NCBI RefSeq assembly: GCF_018350175.1
Contig: NC_058381.1
Location: 2,294,001-2,358,000, forward strand
Direction of reading: 5' to 3'
Source: Felis catus
Lineage: Eukaryota
Length of the DNA: 64,000 bases
The position numbers and the translations under genes were made by a program. The stretch's first letter is position 1, and each line of letters begins with the position of its first letter. Of this stretch, positions 20,566-35,400 are shown piece after piece. The notes beneath the pieces were generated by a model. The model saw only the letters and a list, made by a program, of their open reading frames with translations. It ran no database searches and had not been told where the DNA came from.

Positions 20566-20971
20566 GGGGCGCCTGGGTGGCTCAGTTGGTTGAGCATCTG
20601 ACCTCGGCTCAGGTCACGATCTCATAGTTTGTGGGTTCGAGCCCCACGTCGGGCTCTGTGCTGACAGCTCAGAGCCTGGAACCTGCTTCGGATACTGTGT
20701 CTCCCTCTCTCTGCCCCTCCCCTCTCTCAAAAATAAACATTAAAAAAAAAAAATTGTGTACTGGGGCGCCTGGGTGGCTCAGTCGGTTGAGCGTCTGACT
20801 TCACTCAGGTCATGATCTCACAGTTCATGGGTTCGAGCCCCCACACAGGCTCTGTGCTGACAGCTCGGAGCCTGGAATCTGCTTCAGATTCTGTCTCCCT
20901 CTCTCTGCCCCTCCCCTGCTCACACTCTCTCTCTCTCTCTCTCAAAAATACACATTAAAAATTTTTTTAAA
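20566..20971 (+). mobile_element. Two head-to-tail CAN-SINEs (20566-20753 and 20763-20971)
   Basis: Both start GGGGCGCCTGGGTGGCTCAG; they are separated and flanked by three copies of AAAATT(T)GTGTAC. Confidence 0.92.
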
Positions 20972-21178
20972 AATTTGTGTACTTAGGAGCTCTAACTTTT
21001 TTCCATTAAAATTTGAAAACCATTGGTTTAAAGTGGATAGAGAAGCCAGCCAGGCAGTCACAGCCGGAGGGAAAACCAGGAGGGGTGTCCTAGAAACAAC
21101 AGGATGTATTTTAAGGACAGTGTGGCCAACTGTGTCAAATGCTGCAGAGGCTAAAGACAAGATTAAGTCAACCATTGA

Positions 21179-21455
21179 GGGCACCAGCCTGGCTCAGTCG
21201 GTACAGTGTGGGACGCTTGATCTCAGGGTTGTGAGTTCAAGCCCCACATTGAGCATGGAACCTACTTAAAAAAAAAAAAAAAAAAAAGAAAAAAAAGGGA
21301 GGTGCCTGGATGGCTCAGTTGATTGGGGTCCGATTCTTGATTTCAGCTCAGGTCTTGATCTTGGGGTCCTGCAATCAAGCCCCCTGTTGGGTTTCACGCC
21401 CAGCGTGGAGCCTAATTTTAAAAAAGAAAGAAAGAAAAAAAAAAAAGAAAGAAAG
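21179..21455 (+). mobile_element. Two short older CAN-SINEs in tandem
   Basis: CCTGGCTCAGTCGGT...GTGAGTTCAAGCCCCAC head plus poly(A), followed by a second GGTGCCTGGATGGCTCAG head with an A-rich tail. Confidence 0.8.
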
Positions 21456-21679
21456 AAAATCGTCCGTTGGATCAGGCAACCAAGACCTCTAAGCGATCCA
21501 TGGATCCTGCCGAGGGCATTCGTGGGGAAGAGAGGGGATGGGAGACCGGCCAGAAGAGGGGTGCTGAGTAAACCTGAGTCCAGATCTTTCCCAGGCCCCC
21601 ACACTTCCCCGAGCTCCCCAACAACCTACTTGGATGTGTCCCAGGCATTTCAGAAGCAACCTGCCCCAAACTGCCTGCC

Positions 21680-22560
21680 TCCCCCTCATCTTCCCCCTCC
21701 TTCCGTTCTTCTCATCTGAGTAACAGCACCTCCAACCACTAGGTGTGTAAACCGGAAACCTCGCACTCGTTTCGCCCTTACATCCAACCCAGTAGCAGTT
21801 CCTGTCGGTACGACCCTCAAAATATATCCTGGATCGGACCCTTTCCACCACCTCTTCCACCCTAAGCCAAGCCACCACCATCATCTCATCCCTGGCCTTC
21901 CTGACTGGCCTGTGGCCACCCTGGCTTCCTCCAGATCTTTTCAGCGTACAAATCACGGGCGCCTGGGTTAAGTGGGTTGAGCATCCAACTCTTGGTTTTG
22001 GCTCAGATCATGATCTCATGGTTTCATGAGTTCGAGCCCCAAGTCAGGATCCTCTCTCTCTCTCTCTCTCTCTGCCCCTCCTCCTGTCTCTCTCTAAATA
22101 GATAAATCCATAAAAATTACATGTATAAAAGAGCCTAGCCTTCTCTTACTTGGAACCTTTCAACAACTCACTGTTGCTCTACAGACAGATGTCAAGCGCT
22201 TTACTACTCCCTGCAAGGCCTGCACGGACTACCTGGGGGCCCTCATCACTGCCCATCAGCCACATGGTTTTTGGTCCTTCTCCAACCACCCTCCCCCCTG
22301 CCTGATTTTCTCCTGCCTCAATGATCTTGGACTGCTCCTTTCTAGCCCGTTTCGTCAGCTTGCCTTTCCACCTAGGACCTGCTTCCCCTCCAACTCTGTA
22401 CCTGGTTAGCTCCAGCTTCAATGGGCCCTCCTCTGTGAGGCCTTCCCATCGGAGGGGGGACACACCCTCCACGACCCCACTGGCCCGCTGCCTCCCTGCT
22501 CTTTCCCTGCGCGTTCAGAGCACAACTCACAACCATCCATTTGTATGCTGAGCTGTTAAA
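21680..22560 (+). mobile_element. L2 LINE fragments interrupted by a CAN-SINE (about 21957-22120)
   Basis: L2-like blocks (CAGTTCCTGTCGG...CCTCAAAATATATCC, ACCACCACCATCATCTC, CTTCCTCCAGATCTT) flank a GGGCGCCTGGG..(CT)n SINE. Confidence 0.55.
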
Positions 22561-22669
22561 GCCCGTTTTTACTACTTTGAAACTCGGCCCACACAGATCG
22601 TGGAGCCCCCCTCTGCCCCCCCTTCCCCACCTCTGTCTCTGTTCACGGTCTCCTCCACAACAGAGTCTT

Positions 22670-23757
22670 CTTTTTAAGTTTATTTATTTAAAAAAATTTT
22701 TGTTAATGTTCATTTTTGAGAGAGGGAGTGCACGAGCGCGAGCAGGGGAGGGCAGAGGGAGAGGAAGTCACAGAATCAGAAGCAGGCTATTGGCTCTGAG
22801 CTGTTAGCACAGAGCCTGACGTGGGGCTCAAACTCACAGACTGCGAGTTCATGACCTGAGCGGAAATAGGGTGCTTCATCGACTGAGCCACCCAGGCGCC
22901 CCTAAGTTTATTTATTTTTGGGGGGGGAGGGGCAGAGAGAAAGAGGAAGACACAGAATGGGAAGCTGGCTCCTGGCTCTGAGCTGTCAGCACAGAGCCTG
23001 ATGTGGGGCTCGAACTCACGGACCGCGAGATCATGCCCTGAGCTGAGACAGGACGCTTAACCAACCGAGCCACCCAGGTTCCCCTAAGTTTGCTTGTTTT
23101 TTTTATTTTTTTAAAAATGTTTATTTATTTTTGAGACAGAGAGAGACAGCATGAATGGGGGTGGGTCAGAGAGAGGGAGACACAGAATCTGAAGCAGGCT
23201 CCAGGCTCTGAGCTGTCAGCACAGAGCCCGACACGGGGCTCGAGCCCCCAGACTGTGAGATCATGACCTGAGCTGAAGTCGGACGCCTAACCCACTGAGC
23301 CACCCAGGCGCCCCCCCCCCCCCAAGTTTGTTTTTGAGCGAGAGGAAGAGAGAGTGCAGAGAGTGCAAGAGGGAGACAGAATCCCAACCCTGCTCAGTGC
23401 TGTCAGTGCAGAGCCCGACGCAGGGCTCGATCCCATGAACCGTGAGATCATGACCTGATCTGAGATCAAGAGTTGGGACGCCTGGGGCGCCTGGGTGGCG
23501 CAGTCGGTTAAGCGTCCGACTTCAGCCAGGTCACGATCTCGCGGTCCGGGAATTCGAGCCCCGCGTCAGGCTCTGGGCTGATGGCTCAGAACCTGGAGCC
23601 TGTTTCCGATTCTGTGTCTCCCTCTCTCTCTGCCCCTCCCCCGTTCATGCTCTGTCTCTCTCTGTCCCAAAAATAAATAAACGTTGAAAAAAATAATTAA
23701 AAAAAAAAAAAAAAAAAGTGTTGGGACGCTTAACGGACTGAGCCACCCAGGCGGCCC
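22670..23757 (-). mobile_element. Cluster of four consecutive minus-strand CAN-SINEs
   Basis: Heads end near 22902, 23083, 23312 and 23757; the last copy is split by the younger plus-strand SINE. Confidence 0.88.
23484..23717 (+). mobile_element. Young felid-type SINE (SINEC_Fc-like) nested in an older SINE
   Basis: GGGGCGCCTGGGTGGCGCAGTCGGTTAAGCGTCCGACTTCAGCCAGG head with CpGs intact and a long poly(A). TSD AAGAGTTGGGACGC (23468-23481) / AAGTGTTGGGACGC (23716-23729). Confidence 0.9.
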
Positions 23758-24217
23758 CACAACAGAGCTCTTTTAAGGATCATCTCAAGCACTGAAGCCT
23801 TTTATGCGCCCCCCCATACATGATGATCTGTCCCTGCGTTGAACCCCAAAGAATTTTGTAACTAATGGCACTACTCTTGAGCTGCCTTGCCTTAACTCTG
23901 ACTTCTAGAGTGAATGTTCAATAAATGTGTGGCCTGGCAGGCCTGAAAACTTTACCCTACAGGAACCTTCAGTTCTAGTGGGCAGCAGAACCGCACGGTG
24001 ACTTGGGCCCAAAGAGTGCTTCCGAAAGATTCTGCGGTATTTCCAACATTCTTTAGGACTCTGACGCCCACCGGTTTCAGGACCTCCTAACAAGCTAACC
24101 TCGAATGAACAGAATCCCCAGACCCAAGATTCCGTCTCAGGAAAGGGAAGGAGTCCAGAGGTGGACAATGCTTACCCTTCTTTCTCCAAGAGGTTAGACG
24201 AACAAAGACTCGAGTTC

Positions 24218-24223
24218 TTTATT
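24218..24223 (-). terminator. TMEM256 poly(A) signal
   Basis: AATAAA on the minus strand about 70 nt after the stop codon. Confidence 0.75.
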
Positions 24224-24262
24224 TGCCTTTCCCTTTTAATCCCCTCCCTGCTCCAACTCTTA

Positions 24263-26550
<2,288 letters not shown>

Positions 26551-29110
26551 NNNNNNNNNNNNNNNNNNNNNNNNNNNNNNNNNNNNNNNNNNNNNNNNNN
26601 NNNNNNNNNNNNNNNNNNNNNNNNNNNNNNNNNNNNNNNNNNNNNNNNNNNNNNNNNNNNNNNNNNNNNNNNNNNNNNNNNNNNNNNNNNNNNNNNNAGC
26701 CCATCCGCCCCCTACTCGGAGCCCTGGATGGAGGCACCACGGCCCCAGGGCTGAGCCAGGTAGGAGCTAAGCCGGGCCGGGTGGAGGGGGGTGCGTGGCG
26801 GTCCACTGGGGTCTCCTTTTCCCCATCTCTCTCCCTGCGCCTGGTTTCCCCCCAGCCTGCTCTGTCTGCGTGTCTCCGCCTAGGGATGCTCTCGCCGTGT
26901 CTCTGCGTCTCGGTCTCTTTGTCTCTGCCTCTCTCCAGCCCATGAATGATCCTTTGAATGGGCCCACAGACCCCGTGTGTTCCCATCTCCCCCTCCCCCT
27001 CCTTCTCCCCTTCCCGGCCAAGCCATTTTCCCCACTGCAGGAAGAGGGGGGGGCCTGCGGCCTGAGCCCCCCTCCCTCAATTCTCCCCGGCTGGGGGAGT
27101 CAGGCCTGGGCAGGAATGGAGAGAGCAAGGCAGAGGGATAGGGAGAAGGAGGGGGAGAAAGATGTGGCAGACAGAGATGGGGCGAGAAAATGGGGGAGAC
27201 AGAGATAGGGAAAGAGGGGAGAGAGAGAGAGAAGTAGAAGGGGCTTAAGGGAGAAATTTGGGGAAGAGGTTTGAAGGAGAGAGAAAGATGAGCCACGGCG
27301 AGGAGGGAGATGTGGAAAGATTCGTGGAAGAGAGAAGGGGAAAGGACTGAAGGCAGAAACAAGAGCAAGCTGGAAGAGGCCGGGAAAGATGCTCCGAGGG
27401 AGCATCATGGAGAGGAGAGAGGTGAGGGGAGGGAAGGGAGAGAAGCTGGCAGTGAGGAGGCCAGGGGCCCAAAGTACCTTAAAGGGGGGGGGGTGGCAGA
27501 AACAGACCATGTTAGTAGGAGGGGGAGGGGGAGGCAGGGCCATGGAAGCAGAACCCAGCCTGGCTTGGACAGAGGAGATCCTGAGGGAGCCAGCCCCAAG
27601 CCCCCTCCTGGTGATGGGGGAACAGGAGCTTAAGAGGACCTGAAGAGNNNNNNNNNNNNNNNNNNNNNNNNNNNNNNNNNNNNNNNNNNNNNNNNNNNNN
27701 NNNNNNNNNNNNNNNNNNNNNNNNNNNNNNNNNNNNNNNNNNNNNNNNNNNNNNNNNNNNNNNNNNNNNNNNNNNNNNNNNNNNNNNNNNNNNNNGGGGA
27801 CAGGGGGCGCCTGCTGGAATGACCTGGGTGTCTGCCCCTTTGGTCTGATCTTGTCTCTTGTCCTGTCCCTGCTGTCCTGAGCATCCAGGCATCAGAGCAG
27901 CAACTGTGGGGGGGCTGGCAAGGGGAAGGGGACATCAGTAGCTGAGATGGGGTGAGCAGAAAGCCGAGGTTTGACCCCCCCCCCCCAGGACGGAGGTCAA
28001 AATGCCACGCGTGGAAGAGGCGTCTGGGGTCCAAGGCTGTTGGAGACTGTGGGAGGGGGGCAGTGGGTGGACGCATGTGATGCCCTCCAAACCCACCTCA
28101 GCACCCCTTCTCCCCAGCCAGAGGCCTGGTCACTAGGGCTAGGCTCTGATTGGCCCACAAGGGGCAAGAGGCGGATCTTTTAGGGTTCTCCAGGCCCCAA
28201 TCTCCCGCTCCCCTCAACACATACACTTCTTTCTCTATGCTAAGGTTGGGGAAAACTCACGCCTCTGCCCTCATGCCCTGAATGTACCCCGCGACCAAGC
28301 CAGCCCCTTCCCCTCTTCCTCCAGACCCCCCTCTAGGGTTAAAGCTGCAGCCGGTTGCCGAGGTAACATTGCGGGGCAGCATCCCGTCGCCCGGCAACCG
28401 GCCGCAGGATCACGCATCTGTCCCCGGATTTGCCCCTCCAGCATCCCCTGCCTACTCGAGGCCCTGCCTCAAGGCACCTTAACTCCTGATGGAAGGAATG
28501 AGGAACACCTGGGGAAAGGGGATCCCCCCCCCCCTTGCTGCACAGATTCTTAGGGGATGGGCTGTGGAAGGAAGGAAAAGGTGCTGGGCTCCTGCGGTCC
28601 CAAGAAGGGCCCGAGTCTGGCCGGGGTGGGGGTTCAGTGCCTGGAAATTACAGCTGAGGAGTAATTAACACGTATAAACAAACCCGCCACTTCCTGCTAA
28701 TTAATGACTTGGTATTTTTATTTTCTCTTCCTTGTCTCTCTCGTCCCTCCCAGGGAGGTGGGAACTGGGACTCCTGAGTCCCCCAGCAACGCCTGCCTAG
28801 GAGGGACAAAGCAGCTGGAAGGGTGGGGGGCAGGCTGGTTCTGGGGAGCTGGCCTGCTTCTCCTCTGGCTCTGTCCTGGACCTGTGCCGCATCTTGACCC
28901 TACCCTAGCCTTAGACTTTTCTATCTGGGTCCCTGCTTTCGGGGTGGGGTGCTGGGGTGGGAGGGGGAGGCGCTAGGGGGCCGGACGGTGGAAGAAGGGG
29001 GGCAACTTGGTGTGGATTCCAAGTCACTAACCACTTGTCTCTTGTTTTCCCCATTCCCTTCTGTCTGCCCTGTCCAATTTCCCTTCCCTTCTTCCACTTC
29101 TCCGTATTGT

Positions 29111-29112
<2 letters not shown>

Positions 29113-29140
<28 letters not shown>
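29113..29140. repeat. (CTGT)n repeat upstream of the NLGN2 ATG
   Basis: Read directly from the sequence. Confidence 0.85.
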
Positions 29141-29143
<3 letters not shown>

Positions 29144-29417
29144 TGCATACCCCGTCCCTCCTCCCCCCGCAGGTCGGGCCTGCCTTCACCTTCTCCCATT
29201 TCTTTCCCCTTCCCCACCCCTCGCCCCCTCCATGGAGAGGAACAGACCCCTTCTCTGTCCAGTCTAACCCAGGTCCCTCCCCACCCCCCTCCTCCCTCCT
29301 TTCCCCCACCCCCTTCCCCCCTCCTGGGGCAAGGGGGGCCTCCCTCCCTCTCCCCCCCCTTCTCTCTCTCTCCGAGGGGGGGGGTCCCGGGGAGGGAGGG
29401 GGGGTCCCCCGATCAGC

Positions 29418-32400
29418 ATGTGGCTCCTGGCGCTGTGTCTGGTGGGGCTGGCAGGGGCTCAACGGGGGGGAGGGGGTCCTGGCGGCTCCCCGGGTGGCCC
29501 GGGCCTGGGCCTCAGCAGCCTCGGGGAGGAGCGCTTCCCGGTGGTGAACACGGCCTATGGGCGAGTGCGCGGCGTGCGCCGTGAGCTCAACAACGAGATC
29601 CTGGGCCCCGTCGTGCAGTTTTTGGGCGTACNNNNNNNNNNNNNNNNNNNNNNNNNNNNNNNNNNNNNNNNNNNNNNNNNNNNNNNNNNNNNNNNNNNNN
29701 NNNNNNNNNNNNNNNNNNNNNNNNNNNNNNNNNNNNNNNNNNNNNNNNNNNNNNNNNNNNNNNNNNNNNNNNNNNNNNNNNNNNNNNNNNNNNNNNNNNN
29801 NNNNNNNNNNNNNNNNNNNNNNNNNNNNNNNNNNNNNNNNNNNNNNNNNNNNNNNNNNNNNNNNNNNNNNNNNNNNNNNNNNNNNNNNNNNNNNNNNNNC
29901 CCGTGGACGCAGGCCACAAACGCGCATGCGGACCCTCGGGCGCCGGCACCTGCTGGCCTTTGTGGGGGGGCCGTGAGAGGCGCTGTGTGCCTGCAGGCGC
30001 CGAGTGCCCTCCGAGGGTGGCCCCGGGCGCCTGGCGGGCAGTCCCAGGAACGCATCCCACAGACAGCCACCCCGGACGTTCTCTGGGGGGCTTAGCGACC
30101 CCATCCCCGCAAAGGCGCGCACAGAGTGGCCCCTGAGGGTGACCAGGCATCGGAAGCACCTGTTACCCGCCTAGACGCCCACTCCAGCTCTGTGCCACCT
30201 CCCACGCCCAGGCCTGGGCTCCTCCCGAGGAATACCCACTTTAGTGACTTCTGCCCCTCAAGACAGACAGAGACTCCCTTTCCTCCAGGTGTGCTTGGAC
30301 AGACTGCCACCTCCCACATCGCATCCAGAGGGCCTCACCCGAGCTCAGCGTCTCCTCTTCAGACAGCTCTGTCCCCTGACCCCTGTGCACCCCTGAAGGA
30401 TCAGGGACCCCCCCTCCCCCGCCTCGCCAGGGGCCCCTCCATTCAGAGCCCAGCACACCCATCCCCATCAGAACATCTTTCCCTCAGGGCTCTGGAGCGG
30501 GCTGCCCTCGTGAGGTGCGCCCCAGCAGGGCACACGGCCCCCAGCACACTGCCCGGAAAGTTCTCCCCGGGCCAGCCTTCAGCACACGGGGTATCTCTCA
30601 GGGTACCTTCCAGCTGTCCTTATATGATATCCTTGTATCACTGCTCCCGTCTATGTCCACGAACACCCCCATATCATTACTCCAGAACACCCCCACACCG
30701 CCACCTATGGATCACGTGACCTAGCGAGAGCGCTTACCCGAGTAACCCCGCACGTGGCCATTCACACCACAGTCCCCAGCACCCTCAACACTTCCCAGGC
30801 GTCGGTTACCCCGACCCTTCCTAGTCCCAGGAAGGGACTCGCATCACGACTCAGGCTGTGACAGTGCGCCCAGCGGCCCTTTCCCCTACCCACAGATCCA
30901 GTGCTCGGACACCTCACGCCCAACACATTCCGTTCCAGCCACCCTGTGTTCCTTGTACCAGCCATGCACCCCAACACCGTAACCACCCTTCCCATAGAAA
31001 CCATGCCTCCTAGCAACCCATGCCCACGACGCTCAGAAGTCTCATCTACCGCAATCCTACCCAGATTCCAAGCACCTCAATGCACCCCACACCTCCTCCC
31101 CAATACCGCGACCCCCTCCACGTGAGGGCCGTCCACCCCCCGCCCCGCTGCCCTCTCACGGGCCACCCACCCCGACAGCCTACCTACCCCTAACGATGGC
31201 CTGTGAGTCGTCCACCCGGTACTTCCCACCAATGGGCTGTCCACCCTGCCCCCACGCCACCCACGCCCACACCTTCTGTATTTTTAACCGTCTCTTATCA
31301 CAGACCTGCTTGGGCCTGACACATTCAGGTGATCTCACTGAATCCTCACATCAGCTCTGGGAGGAAGAGGTTGACTCAGGCAGGCGCGCCCTCGCGCTCG
31401 CGCACGCGCGGGCACGAACGCACAACATTCTCACGCCCACACGTGCCCTGCTGACTTCATCCCCAGTCGCTTCCTGATCCTACTGGGTCCCTATGGGGCC
31501 ATCACCGGTAGCTGGGAGAAGCCTTCCAGAGACTGGCTTAGGCCTTGCGGACCCGTCCCTCCCCGCGCTGGTCCTTATGTCAATGCGGAGAGATTAATCA
31601 GCGGGGGGACGGGGGGGACCCCTCCGATTCCTGGGCTCTAGCTCTCCCCTGACCATTCCCCAGTCTGGAAGAAACCTGAAACCAAACTGCGAGCCCAGTC
31701 TGGGGCCTTTCCTTGACAAGGGGCACACTTTGTGCCTCCCGGCACGTTCTGGCTGGCACCTTATGTGTCAGGGCACTGTGTTTCCTGTTCCCTATGTGGG
31801 GACCGAACCCCGAACTGGGGAGGGGGCGCTTTCTGGCGTTAGAGCAGTGGCGGGGTGGGGTGGGGGAAGGTGCTCACGACCCCGGTGGGAAGTTTACCGT
31901 TCTGGACCGGGGTGGGGGAGAGTAGGCCTGGGTAAGGGGGGAGGTTGGGGGGCGCAGAGGGAAGAGGTGGAATGGAGGGCAAGACCTGATGACCCCTTTC
32001 CCTGCTTCGCCCCACACTGGGGAGGTGGGGTGAGAAGCCAGGCCCGTGAGTGCGGAAGGGAGAGGCGTGCTGGCGGGTGAGAGGCTGGGCAGGCGGCGGG
32101 CGGCCCGACTGACCTACCCCCAGCCCTCCGGTGGGCAGCTGAGGGCCTCCAGGGGCTGCGAGCTGGGGGGGGGGGGGGTCTCTGCTCTGCCCCCCGGATC
32201 GGTCCTTTCCGCTGCAGCCCCCGTCTCTCAGTCTGGGGGAGCAGGCAGGTGCCGCGCGGGCCCTGAAGAGGGCCTGTGCGAGTGGTGGCCCCGTGGTACA
32301 GCTGGCCTTGGTGACCCGGGCTCGGGTGGGCCTCCCCTCCCCTCCCCACCCCCACCTCTAACACCGCTTAATTTCCAGCGATTAGCAAACACTTCGACAA

Positions 32401-35400
32401 GCCAAGTCAATGTCTTTAAAACAGGCTTCAGCCCACTCAGGCCCCGGCCCCCCCCCCACCCCGCCCACCTCCAAAACCAGCCTTTTCTTCGGGGCATGAC
32501 TTTTTCCGGGAAGGGGAACAAAATCGGGTTGTAGAAACGTTTTTCTCTTTTCTTGGTTTCTTTTTCTTGCGACCAAATTTTGCTTTTTTCGNNNNNNNNN
32601 NNNNNNNNNNNNNNNNNNNNNNNNNNNNNNNNNNNNNNNNNNNNNNNNNNNNNNNNNNNNNNNNNNNNNNNNNNNNNNNNNNNNNNNNNNNNNNNNNNNN
32701 NNNNNNNNNNNNNNNNNNNNNNNNNNNNNNNNNNNNNNNNNNNNNNNNNNNNNNNNNNNNNNNNNNNNNNNNNNNNNNNTTTAAAAATCCGGCTGCTGCA
32801 TGTGGTTGCTGATAAGAGGACGGTCACGGCCCTGCCCCTAACTAAATGCCCCCGCAGCCCTCCAGGCCCCTAAGTCGTTGTCCCCAACTAAACACGAAAA
32901 AGAAAAGAAAAGAAAAATTTGTAATAATTGGAAACGAGAATTGCGAAAGCTGCAAACGCAATCCGAACCATGTTGGACCCAGTAGCGAACTTGCAAGGAA
33001 AGCTAAACGCAGCAAAAATGAAAGTGAAACCACAATTGGATGCTTAGCGTTTGACAGAAATTTGGGCTGGCTTGCCACTCGTGACGAGTAACATTTGAGG
33101 GAGAAAACAAAAAAGCCACACAAACTTTAATTTGGAGCAAGACTCCATTTGAAACAGACACAAATCTAAAGTTGGCAAATTGGTGGCCCAGTTGAAACGG
33201 CAGAACCAAAAGCCTGCTGCGATTTCCAAAAGCCTAGCAGATGCAGGAAACGCAAACATTCGAAGCAAATGAAAGAATTTGGAAATTTTTGAAAGCAGGG
33301 CCCAATATCTTGGAGTTTCACCGCAAAATTTTGAAAAGGAAAAAAAAATGCAAAGAACTTTTTTCTTTTTTTCTTTTTTTCCGAAAAAAAAAAAAATGGA
33401 TCTTTTTGGTTTTTGGGTTTTTTTTTTTTTTTCTTTTCTTGTCGAATCTGCCCCCCGAGAGCTTCTTGTTTTTTGGTTGTTGTTTTTTTCTTTCTTTCTT
33501 CTTTCTTGATCCTGTTTTTTGTTGTTGGTTTTGAATTCTTGTCGCCCCCCAGCTCCCCTCCCTGCTCCTTCCCTTTCTGACCCCCCCCTCCTCCCACACT
33601 GGGAGTGGAGGTGCCGGGTGGGGAGGAGGGGGAGAACTGAGGACTTTAAGAGAGAGCCTTGCAGGGCGGACTCCAGCCCGAGTCTGGAGCAAGGGGAAGG
33701 ACGAGGTTTGGAGAGGGCGCAGACAGGGCAGAGCCCAAGGGGCAGGGGGAGGTGGCAGAGAAGGTCCTGAGAGACTGGAGGCTGGAAAGCTGTCCGTAGG
33801 GGCGGAGGGGAGTGTCTCAGTGGCCTGCGGGCTGACCTCGTGGCAGGAGCAAAGTTTCCAGCAGGAGGGAGGTGAGCAGAGGCCCTGGGGATGAGCTGTG
33901 GAGGCCCAGGCCCGGCTCTCGTTTGTTGAATGCCCAGGCTACTCAGACATGGCAGGCGTCAAGAAGGAGGAGGGCCCGCGGGGCCATGGGTGACCCCAGC
34001 CCGGCGCTGTGGCTGAATCGTGTGGGAGGGGCTGCAAGGGAGGGTACTTGCCATAGCCCTGGGGACCACTGTGGCGGGCCCTCCCAGGCTCCCACCCTCT
34101 TCTGGAATCTGTCACTCCTCGGTGTGGTCTGGAGGGCCTCAAGGGCCTACCGCACGTGGCAGTGACTGACGGGATCCTTTAGGGACATGGCAAGAGGGAT
34201 GTCCGGTGCAGAACCCAGGGTCAGGCCAGTTTGTTGCGGGGCGGCGGGGGGGGGGGGGGGGGGGGGGCTCTGAGAGTACAGAGCCGGGCCCTGGCTTTAT
34301 CAGGCAGGCTCTCTCCCACCCTGCCTCCTCCTGCACAGTAATTAGGCTGGGGGTTGCCATGGTAACTGGGGAGGTGACCTAGAAAGGAATTAGGGCGGGG
34401 AGGAGACCAAGCCCCCAGGGACCCTAGGCTGGCACCCCCTCACCCACAGACCAGGCTACCACGTGGACATGAGGCCCAAGGCCTGAGTCTGAGGAGCGGC
34501 CAGGACCCTCCCAGCATCCCTAGCGCCAGACTTGGGAGTCTGGTCTCCCTAGGAGCGGGAAGGCGATTTGCTGCGTGTGTGTGTGGGTTGGGGGGTCCCC
34601 CGGGTCCAGCAGATGCCCTGGGGAGGGTCCCCCGCTCACCCCGGCCTCTTAGGCTTCTCGGAAGGTCTGTGTGGCATTGGGAGACGTGCCGTGGGGCAGA
34701 CTGGCAGGAGGTGAGGAGGGACCTTCGGCCAGGGCTAGACGGGGAGGGGGGGGAGGGGAATCCGGTCTTGCCCCCCCAGGGATGGGAGCGACACGTCCCC
34801 TGAGCTCCGGGCCCGGTCCTCCGTAGCCCCGGGAGCTGGGCGGTGCTGCTTCTGGTCTGACTGTGCTCTTGTCCCCCGACCCTGGCCCACCGCCCGCCCC
34901 CTCCCCACGCAGATATCCGGGACTCTGGGAAGAAGCCCGTGATGCTGTTTCTGCACGGCGGCTCCTACATGGAGGGCACCGGCAACATGTTCGACGGCTC
35001 CGTCCTGGCCGCCTATGGGAACGTCATTGTAGCCACGCTCAACTACCGACTTGGGGTGCTCGGTGAGGGTGGACGGCCAACTCTAGGGGCTGGAGTCTGG
35101 GAGGGGGCCCTGGCGGGCGGTGTTCCCCTCGACCCGGCAGAAGCGGAAGGGCTTCTGGGCTAGACTGGGCTGCCCAGAGAGGGGGCCGGGGTGCTGCGAC
35201 ACCCCCAGGAAGGCCCTCTCCTCCTCTCCTCCCAGGTTTTCTCAGCACCGGGGACCAGGCTGCGAAAGGGAACTACGGCCTCCTGGACCAGATCCAGGCC
35301 CTGCGCTGGCTCAGCGAAAACGTTGCCCACTTTGGGGGTGACCCCGAGCGCATCACCATCTTTGGATCTGGAGCGGGGGCCTCCTGTGTCAACCTTCTGA

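Noticed and set aside
34247-34266. Long G/C homopolymers here and elsewhere (for example 6824-6841, 13500-13515)
   Set aside because: Lengths are unreliable in this gapped assembly and they show no consistent functional context.
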